From a virus, in IMG/VR virus record IMGVR_UViG_2149837019_000031, positions 1 to 22,103 of that record: DNA of 22,103 nucleotides; one strand, 5' to 3'. Shown in pieces: positions 17,122-22,103 of the stretch; positions within the stretch are counted from its first letter, which is position 1, and the number at the start of each line of letters is the position of its first letter. Below the pieces are notes generated by a model. The model did no database searches. It saw nothing but the letters and a program-made list of their open reading frames with translations, and was not told the origin of the DNA. The position numbers and the translations under genes are program-made.

Positions 17122-17528
17122 TGTTATACCGAGTTGCAGAGTTTGAAAAAACACCTAACGGCCAAAAATTTAAGCGTTTTAAATATTGCGGTTATAAATT
17201 GCTATGTAGCGGGCAACTCTATAAAGGAAACGTTAAAGCAAATACAACCGATAAACGCAAGGCTAACTATTGCGAGCTTAATTTAGGCGTCGGCCGTCCA
17301 GATGTAAACGGCGTAAATATCTACGAGAAGGATTTAGTATATAACAAGCGCGAAAAATTAACGGGCGTAATTCGTTACGATCCGAAAAAAGGCGCTTTTA
17401 TTATGTACGTTAAAAACGGGATCGTTACTATACCCTACTCTTTTTTGGATTGCTACGACGTTAGCCTAGAGGTATTAGGTAACGAGTACGAGCATACGGC
17501 CAAAAACAAATTATTTAAACGATATTAA
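17121..17528 (+). CDS. YopX-family protein
   Basis: The IYEKDLVY and C-terminal VLGNEYEH motifs resemble YopX (IYEGD...GNIYENPEL). The ATG overlaps the upstream TAA. The ORF-track start at 17100 is GTG. Confidence 0.45.
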   Translation: MLYRVAEFEKTPNGQKFKRFKYCGYKLLCSGQLYKGNVKANTTDKRKANYCELNLGVGRPDVNGVNIYEKDLVYNKREKLTGVIRYDPKKGAFIMYVKNGIVTIPYSFLDCYDVSLEVLGNEYEHTAKNKLFKRY

Positions 17529-17558
17529 AAAAATAATCAAAAATAATTAAAATAAGTA

Positions 17559-17587
17559 TTGACTAATTAAAAAATGGGTGCTATATG
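17559..17587 (+). promoter_or_regulatory. Strong early promoter with extended -10
   Basis: TTGACT (17559-17564), a 17-nt spacer, then TGcTATATG. It is embedded in a 33-bp element that is also present inverted at 15646-15678. Confidence 0.45.
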
Positions 17588-17620
17588 TAATTTTGTAATA
17601 ACAAAAAAGGAGTTAAAAAT

Positions 17621-17944
17621 ATGGAAAAAACATTAACAGAAAAACTATTAGATCTATCTACAGAGTTACAAAGAAAATTAAACGAGTTAAGCGAGGAGCG
17701 CGCCGAGTATCTTTTAGAAAAAAACGAGGACGAGTATTTTATATGTTATGATAGCGATAGCGTAGACGTTGGCGTAGGTATGCTAACGGTAAGGAGCGAA
17801 AAAATATTAGATGAAGAGCGCGCCGAAGAGGACGCTAAAGAGGAAATTATAACCGAGGTAGCTAACCTAGAGGATAGTTTTTATTATTTGCTAGAGGATA
17901 ATAAAATTAGTTCATTATTGGCCGACGTTTTGAGGAGTTTGTAA
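17621..17944 (+). CDS. Highly acidic small protein (107 aa, about 30 D/E against about 12 K/R). Candidate DNA-mimic or anti-restriction type protein.
   Basis: First gene after the strong promoter. Its TIR is identical to that of the exonuclease gene. Composition was counted by hand. Confidence 0.5.
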   Translation: MEKTLTEKLLDLSTELQRKLNELSEERAEYLLEKNEDEYFICYDSDSVDVGVGMLTVRSEKILDEERAEEDAKEEIITEVANLEDSFYYLLEDNKISSLLADVLRSL

Positions 17945-18033
17945 TATATTAGATATTAGTTATAAGGAAGCTATAGCAATAGCGATAATGTTAGACGCTT
18001 TATTTTTGTATGCTATTTGGTAAAGGTGGCGCT

Positions 18034-18282
18034 ATGGTAATATTAAAAGGATATGATAAGGGGCGCGAGGTTTGGGCGGTTGCTCACACCTACGGAAGCG
18101 GAGAAACGGCAGAAACTTTTTTTTGCTATTTAGATCCTAACGCGGACGTTTTACGAGAATATGAGAGGGCTAAAAATGTTTATACTAACAAAGGAAAAAA
18201 AGCCAGTAGATCTGGAAGGGTTTTTAATGACAAAGCGCGGACGGATCTATATTTACAGAGTGCAAAACGACCGAGAGATTAG
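18034..18282 (+). CDS. Hypothetical protein, frame A. Probably the N-terminal part of a disrupted or frameshifted gene.
   Basis: AAGGTGG SD 4 nt before ATG 18034. The first 56 codons look protein-like. The tail downstream of the A7 tract is basic and low in complexity. Confidence 0.3.
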   Translation: MVILKGYDKGREVWAVAHTYGSGETAETFFCYLDPNADVLREYERAKNVYTNKGKKASRSGRVFNDKARTDLYLQSAKRPRD

Positions 18283-18367
18283 TTTATTTAATTACGGCGT
18301 TATTGTGGAAAATTTAGCGGAGTTATGGGAAATTGTCGAGAAAATTAAAAACAGGCCTAGAGTATGA
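18176..18367 (+). CDS. Hypothetical protein, frame B. It overlaps frame A and contains A_AAA_AAG at 18196-18202.
   Basis: GAGAGG SD 7 nt before ATG 18176. Protein-like hydrophobic periodicity. Confidence 0.3.
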   Translation: MFILTKEKKPVDLEGFLMTKRGRIYIYRVQNDREISLFNYGVIVENLAELWEIVEKIKNRPRV

Positions 18368-18602
18368 GCGCAAAGATAACGGCGAGCGCGTTATAGTGCT
18401 TAGACATATAGACCTATGGGATTTAGTCTATTACATAGACGAAGTATTATTTTGTAATGCTATTAGCTACCCAGAATTTAGCGAAAAGTTTACAGCTACA
18501 GGAAGGCAAAATACAGCTATTAAAACTATTTTTAAGGATCAACATTTTGAGGAGATTAAACCCTATGATAATAGAAACAAGAAAAGACTTAATAAAATTT
18601 AG
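18333..18602 (+). CDS. Hypothetical protein, frame C. Only a TTG (18333) or GTG (18396) start is available, and it overlaps frame B.
   Basis: Protein-like from about 18351 (GLEYERKDNGERVIVLRHIDLWDLVYYIDEVLF...). No in-frame ATG. It is reachable from frame B by a +1 shift at the A5 tract 18347-18351. Confidence 0.3.
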   Translation: MSRKLKTGLEYERKDNGERVIVLRHIDLWDLVYYIDEVLFCNAISYPEFSEKFTATGRQNTAIKTIFKDQHFEEIKPYDNRNKKRLNKI

Positions 18603-18930
18603 AAAAAGCCTAAAACAAAGCAAGTGAGAATTTGCCGAAAATGTCGGTTATTCTTATAGTTATATTTGCCAAGTAGAGCGCGGGGCTATAGGATTTTATA
18701 CAGGGCTTAAAAATGCCGTTAATGGTTATAAAATACGCCTAGAGGCCTACGAAAAAGCTAACGGCGCCTATATTGAAACTATGGCGCGTTGTTATTGTGA
18801 TTGCTACGAGGATCACGTACACGAGCAAATAGAGCAAGAGGATAAAGAAGTTAATAGGATCCTTTATTGCTTCGCTTTAATTGCTTTTATTGCTATTGCG
18901 GGGGTTATCTTATGGATTTACAAAAGCTAG
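18565..18930 (+). pseudogene. XRE-family HTH regulator with a C-terminal transmembrane anchor. It is interrupted by an in-frame TGA at 18625-18627 (codon 21), so it is either a nonsense-inactivated or a readthrough-dependent regulator.
   Basis: Hand translation gives MIIETRKDLIKFRKSLKQSK*EFAENVGYSYSYICQVERG...ILYCFALIAFIAIAGVILWIYKS. The TGA sits inside helix 2 of a canonical HTH_XRE motif (consensus ..LSQEELA..GVS...IS.IERG). GAGGAG SD lies upstream. Confidence 0.5.
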
Positions 18931-19133
18931 TTAATCGTATGGCCGAACGCGAGGAGCGTATTATAAAAATGCGCTCCGAAGGAAAAAAGGCAACCATTAA
19001 ATTAACAGAGTTGTATTATCAACAAAAAATAGATATGTATAAACGTTTAAAAGAGGAGTTAAAATTATGCAAGACGCAGAGTTTACCGAATAAAACGAAG
19101 AAGCCCCCGCCTCTAAGGGCGAGCTTGTTTTAG
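18912..19133 (+). CDS. Small coiled-coil hypothetical protein (73 aa)
   Basis: GGGGG SD 7 nt upstream. The N-terminal 50 aa look protein-like, but the C-terminal 20 aa are low in complexity and overlap the 19067 start region. Confidence 0.3.
   Translation: MDLQKLVNRMAEREERIIKMRSEGKKATIKLTELYYQQKIDMYKRLKEELKLCKTQSLPNKTKKPPPLRASLF
19067..19093 (+). CDS. 8-codon ORF (MQDAEFTE) with a perfect TIR, terminated by TAA. The same frame then stays open through 19435.
   Basis: GAGGAGTTAAAATTATG at 19051-19069 matches the conserved TIR used by the other early genes. TAA at 19091-19093. Confidence 0.35.
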   Translation: MQDAEFTE

Positions 19134-19165
19134 TTGAAACGGTGGCCGAAGAGCCTAAAAACACT

Positions 19166-19435
19166 ATGGACGAGATCATAGAGGAAGCCGACGAAAAAAA
19201 TAAAAAGGCTATGATCGAGGATTTACAAGAGTTAGGCGAGAGCTACGAGTACGCCGAGAATCGATTAAAAGAGGCTAAATTAAGTATTAAAAGTATTTTA
19301 GAGGACGCTAAAGACCGCGGTATATCTAAAACAATGTTAGAGGCGTACGTTTCGCTTCGTCGTATGTCTACCTTAGGTAAAAAGGCTATTTTTGGCGCCG
19401 TTGTAGATGACGGCGAAACGGCTAAAGATGAATAG
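19166..19435 (+). CDS. Acidic hypothetical protein. The frame is open from 19094, with possible starts at GTG 19142 or ATG 19166. It may be the body of a gene whose true start is ATG 19067.
   Basis: Open frame of 114 codons from 19094 to 19435, in the same frame as the 19067 ATG. Acidic N-terminal region. No good SD of its own. Confidence 0.4.
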   Translation: MDEIIEEADEKNKKAMIEDLQELGESYEYAENRLKEAKLSIKSILEDAKDRGISKTMLEAYVSLRRMSTLGKKAIFGAVVDDGETAKDE

Positions 19436-19622
19436 CGAGCTAGGAGTAGATATTACCGTACGCAAAGACGTAATTAACGATTGCTTTACCGTTGTTATGT
19501 CTAACGGCTACGATACATTTAACGGCGCTATATCTTTAAAGGATCTAAAAAGATTAGGCGCAGATATTAACAATTTGATCGAAAGAGAAGAGGAAAAAAA
19601 TAAAAATGTTGGAAATATTTAA
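19407..19622 (+). CDS. Hypothetical protein (71 aa, with an alternative start at 19428)
   Basis: ORF with weak SDs at both candidate ATGs. Confidence 0.3.
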   Translation: MTAKRLKMNSELGVDITVRKDVINDCFTVVMSNGYDTFNGAISLKDLKRLGADINNLIEREEEKNKNVGNI

Positions 19623-20031
19623 AGAGGTTGACGAGTTAGTAGAGTTGGCTAGAGAGATCGAGCGCGACGCTATTATTACCGAGATTAAAAAAGAATTGGC
19701 CGAGGTTATGATATGGCACAAAAAGACCTTTAAAGACGCTACCGTAGGCGGGCAGTTGCTTAAACTCGAAGAGGAGTATAAAGAGCTTGCGGAAGCCGTA
19801 GAAAATGAAAACGGCGACGAAACATTTAAAGAGATTGCCGACGTTTTGATAGTATGCGCGGGCTTAGTTCGTTTAAATAGTATTATTGGTAAGGTAAATA
19901 TAGAGGCTACACTTGATAAAATGGAGATTAAGGAGCTTTATAATACTTTAGAGGCTATCCGCGCTAAAATGGAAGTAAACCGCGCCCGCAAGTGGGATAA
20001 ATTAAAAGACGGTAGATTTAAACATAAATAA
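19606..20031 (+). CDS. MazG-like nucleotide pyrophosphohydrolase
   Basis: KLEEEYKELAEAV...ETFKEIADVLIVCAGL and the C-terminal K..VNRARKW match the all-alpha MazG NTP-PPase pattern (EE.gEL...E.gDvL). Confidence 0.5.
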   Translation: MLEIFKEVDELVELAREIERDAIITEIKKELAEVMIWHKKTFKDATVGGQLLKLEEEYKELAEAVENENGDETFKEIADVLIVCAGLVRLNSIIGKVNIEATLDKMEIKELYNTLEAIRAKMEVNRARKWDKLKDGRFKHK

Positions 20032-20035
20032 ACAT

Positions 20036-20060
20036 AGGGGCGCTAACCCGCCCCTTTTTT
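20036..20060 (+). terminator. Rho-independent terminator
   Basis: AGGGGCG-ctaacc-CGCCCCT forms a perfect 7-bp GC stem. It is followed by TTTTT. Confidence 0.7.
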
Positions 20061-20072
20061 GGAGATCATAAT

Positions 20073-20357
20073 ATGAAAAATAGAAACCTTAACGCGGGCG
20101 ACGATTGGAAAACGCCGAGCGATTTATACGAAAAACTAAACCAAGAATTTAATTTTGATTTTGATCCAGATATTAACACTATGCCACGTTGCGACATAGA
20201 GGCCTTAAAAAGCGAAATAAAGCATTTAAAGGAGTTGCTTAAAGAGTGTAAACCTTACATAAGTTATAGTGTTAATAAAAAGAAATATCTTGGATTTACA
20301 CCACCAGAGGCGAATATTTTAACCAAAATAGACAACGCAATAGGAGAAAATAATTGA
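20073..20357 (+). CDS. ORF fusing an N-terminal fragment of a phage Dam-type N6-adenine methyltransferase motif to unrelated sequence (94 aa)
   Basis: DDWKTPSDLYEKLNQEFNFDFD matches the (D/E)EWxTPxxLFxxLxxEFxF N-terminal signature of the phage Dam family. No (D/N)PPY catalytic motif follows. GGAG SD 8 nt upstream. Confidence 0.45.
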   Translation: MKNRNLNAGDDWKTPSDLYEKLNQEFNFDFDPDINTMPRCDIEALKSEIKHLKELLKECKPYISYSVNKKKYLGFTPPEANILTKIDNAIGENN

Positions 20358-20602
20358 TTAAATCACAAGACGATTTAAACCAAGACGACGGAGTAGGCCG
20401 TACAATGACCTTATTAAAGGCTATAGAGCAATTAGAAAAAACAGAGGTAGAGCTTGAGAAGGTGGAAAAGCAATTAAAAATAGCAGTTGAGGCTTTAGAA
20501 GATATAGGTTTTTGTAAGACCTCAATATATCAAAACAGCCCTTTTAAATTAGTTTCTTGGGCAATAGACGCAATCAGTAAAATAAAGGAGTTAGATAAAT
20601 GA
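20354..20602 (+). CDS. Small coiled-coil hypothetical protein. TTG start, with an alternative ATG at 20405.
   Basis: AGGAG 7 nt upstream of TTG 20354, which overlaps the upstream TGA (TTGA). ATGA overlap at the 3' end. Confidence 0.35.
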   Translation: MIKSQDDLNQDDGVGRTMTLLKAIEQLEKTEVELEKVEKQLKIAVEALEDIGFCKTSIYQNSPFKLVSWAIDAISKIKELDK

Positions 20603-20832
20603 TCGAAGTAATATCTACATTTTTTGAAAGTTTAATAGAAACTTTTATAATGAGTTGCTTAGTTATAATATGCTTAATTTTAGGATTGTTAGGCTTTATG
20701 ATCTACCCTATTAAGAAAGCAAGGCTATTTTTGGGTAGGCAATTATACCGAGTAGCCGACACAATGGACTATTATTTAACAGAAACGCTAGTAAAAGACT
20801 ACGAAGAGGATAACAAAAATACGGGGGCTTAA
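20599..20832 (+). CDS. Small membrane protein (77 aa)
   Basis: AAGGAG with an 8-nt spacer. Hydrophobic segment CLVIICLILGLLGFMIY. Confidence 0.45.
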   Translation: MIEVISTFFESLIETFIMSCLVIICLILGLLGFMIYPIKKARLFLGRQLYRVADTMDYYLTETLVKDYEEDNKNTGA

Positions 20833-20848
20833 ACAACCCCCTTTTTTT
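20823..20848 (+). terminator. Rho-independent terminator
   Basis: GGGGG-cttaaacaa-CCCCC followed by T7. Confidence 0.5.
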
Positions 20849-20895
20849 ATGATTGATCTTTTAAAACAAATACTATTTAATAAAGTAAAACGGGC

Positions 20896-20919
20896 GTTTT
20901 AGTTTTTTGTTTTAGTTTT
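20896..20919 (+). repeat. Tandem direct repeat, GTTTTAGTTTT x2 with a 13-bp period, immediately upstream of terS
   Basis: Read directly from the sequence as gttttagtttt tt gttttagtttt. Confidence 0.5.
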
Positions 20920-20930
20920 GGTTAAATAAA

Positions 20931-21329
20931 ATGGCGTTAAACCCTACAAAATATAGAAAAATTGAGAAGTTATTAAAAGACGGCTACGCGCAAAGAGATA
21001 TAGCGCGAGCCTTAAAACTATCTATAACTACCGTAAATAAGTATTGTAAAGCTATTGCCTCTACACTCGAGGAGAAAATAGAGCGCCGTAATAAAGTTAA
21101 AAATCTAAGCGCTAAACCGAGGCCGAAAGTAAAAGAAGAGCCTTTAGCCAAGATCGAAGCGCCTAAGGATTTGACGGCCGAAGAGTTTGAGGCTAAACAA
21201 CGCGAAATAAAATATAACGCTATGACCGCGTTTAATAATATGCTTTTAGAGCTAAACGAGCGTATTAGGACTATGGACGATACCGACTTTAAAAATACGC
21301 TAATAGAAGTATGGGAGAAAATAAAATAA
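20931..21329 (+). CDS. terS: Terminase small subunit with an N-terminal HTH
   Basis: 132 aa directly upstream of terL. HTH-like KIEKLLKDGYAQRDIARALKLSITTVNKY. Charged helical C-terminus. Confidence 0.5.
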   Translation: MALNPTKYRKIEKLLKDGYAQRDIARALKLSITTVNKYCKAIASTLEEKIERRNKVKNLSAKPRPKVKEEPLAKIEAPKDLTAEEFEAKQREIKYNAMTAFNNMLLELNERIRTMDDTDFKNTLIEVWEKIK

Positions 21330-22103
21330 ATGGGCTTCGATTTTAATTTTAGCTTTTTTGGTGCTACGGGATCTACAAATTTATCTTTTTTGGATTTTGT
21401 AGAGCGTAGCGGGTACCCGAAGCCCTACCCTAAACAAATAGAGATGTACGATTTTGCTTTTAGTGGAGAAAATACCCGTATGATCCTAGGCGCCCGCGGT
21501 TATGGTAAGACGGACTATATAACAATTTTAGGCCTTGCCTATTCTATTTATAAGGATCCTAACTATACCGCTATATTGATAACCAAGGAAAGCGAGCGCG
21601 GTAAGGAGTTAGTAGCCGAGATAAAAGAGATATTAAATAAATTTTCGGTAAGATTTAAGAGTAAGGCCAAAAAAAAGATAATTGTAGAAGGTTGTACGGG
21701 TAAAGAGCCTAACCTTATAGCGCTAACGATCAGATCTAAAGGTTTACGCGGACGCCACCCTAAAAAAATCATAATGGACGATCCAATTACACCAGAGGAC
21801 GATAGCCAAGCCGAACGCCGTAGGGCTAAAAAGTGCTACGAGGAGCTATTAAAGCTAACTCAAAACGTACTTATCATAGGGCAACCCGTACACAAGTTAG
21901 ATCTTTACCAAGAATTAAGGACTAAAATTTTAACCCTTTGTGTAATCTACGGAGATATACCCGAATTAGACAAGGATTTAAACGCCTTGCGAGCTTCGGG
22001 CGTAAGTGAGGCCAGTATATCGGCTTCGTATTTTCTAAAGATCCTAGACGATAACACGTTACCACTTGCCAGTATTAAAGAGGTTGATTATTGCGCGCGT
22101 AAA
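21330..22103 (+). CDS. terL: Terminase large subunit, N-terminal ATPase part. It continues at position 29 of the window.
   Basis: ATG at 21330 directly after the terS TAA. Walker A-like LGARGYGKT and IIMDDP motifs. The ORF runs off the window end without a stop. It is absent from the ORF track only because no stop lies inside the window. Confidence 0.8.
   Translation, partial: MGFDFNFSFFGATGSTNLSFLDFVERSGYPKPYPKQIEMYDFAFSGENTRMILGARGYGKTDYITILGLAYSIYKDPNYTAILITKESERGKELVAEIKEILNKFSVRFKSKAKKKIIVEGCTGKEPNLIALTIRSKGLRGRHPKKIIMDDPITPEDDSQAERRRAKKCYEELLKLTQNVLIIGQPVHKLDLYQELRTKILTLCVIYGDIPELDKDLNALRASGVSEASISASYFLKILDDNTLPLASIKEVDYCARK
22076..22103. repeat. Second copy of the 28-nt terminal repeat
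   Basis: Identical to positions 1-28. Confidence 0.85.

Noticed and set aside
18161-18178. ORF-track start ATG 18161 for frame B
   Set aside because: It has no SD. ATG 18176 is preceded by GAGAGG at optimal spacing.
18625-18627. Hypothesis that TGA is globally recoded as a sense codon in this phage or host
   Set aside because: TGA terminates at least nine genes, mostly in ATGA/GTGA/TTGA overlap junctions. No other long ORF carries an internal TGA, and TAA and TAG behave normally.
18997-19179. Minus-strand 60-aa ORF
   Set aside because: Antisense to the early genes. S/T-rich low-complexity translation.
20877-20886. Sigma70 promoter assignment for the late operon (TTGATC ... TTAATA/TAAAGT)
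   Set aside because: Spacing and hexamer matches are poor, so it is left as an unassigned regulatory gap rather than a called promoter.
21563-21772. Minus-strand 69-aa ORF inside terL
   Set aside because: Antisense to terL.
1-22103. Integrase, tRNA genes and CRISPR arrays
   Set aside because: No tyrosine or serine recombinase-sized ORF with recognisable motifs was found. No cloverleaf-like GC-rich 70-90 nt segments were seen in the few intergenic gaps. No spacer/repeat arrays are present. The only tandem repeats are the 11-mer pair before terS.

Overview
The window is one complete, compact tailed-phage genome. Bases 1-28 are identical to 22076-22103, so the unit is 22,075 bp and terL runs across the window junction. 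It is AT-rich (GC looks like the high 30s %, not computed) and almost entirely + strand, with strong AGGAG Shine-Dalgarno sites and many 1-4 nt start/stop overlaps. Gene order is terS, terL, a small portal, a MuF-like head protein, scaffold, a small head protein and the capsid protein. Then come head-tail joining proteins, a major tail protein and a chaperone with a probable -1 frameshift at a T9 tract. These are followed by a short tape-measure protein, baseplate proteins (spike-, W-, J- and I-like), a compositionally mosaic tail fibre and a fibre chaperone. The lysis cassette has a holin, a SleB-type endolysin and an overlapped i/o-spanin pair, which implies a Gram-negative host. A bidirectional terminator follows, then the only leftward unit, a coiled-coil protein plus a 40-aa ribbon-helix-helix (RHH) protein below the ORF-track size cut-off. 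Next is a divergent promoter region. The rightward early region carries a RecE-like PD-(D/E)xK exonuclease, an HNH-like zinc-finger protein, YopX, two very acidic proteins, a membrane-anchored XRE regulator and a MazG-like protein. It ends with a terminator-flanked cassette whose first ORF keeps only the N-terminal motif of a phage Dam methyltransferase. No integrase, tRNA or CRISPR array was seen. The most unusual signals are concentrated at 18.0-19.5 kb. The XRE regulator has an in-frame TGA. An acidic-protein gene with a perfect ribosome-binding region is cut by TAA after 8 codons. Three overlapping ORFs are linked by +1 shifts at poly-A tracts. In addition, a 33-bp promoter/operator element is duplicated on opposite strands, and an identical 17-nt translation-initiation region is reused. 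Codon usage (GCG/GGC/AGC with TTA/AAA/TTT) is compatible with a Helicobacter-like epsilonproteobacterial host, but that is speculation.
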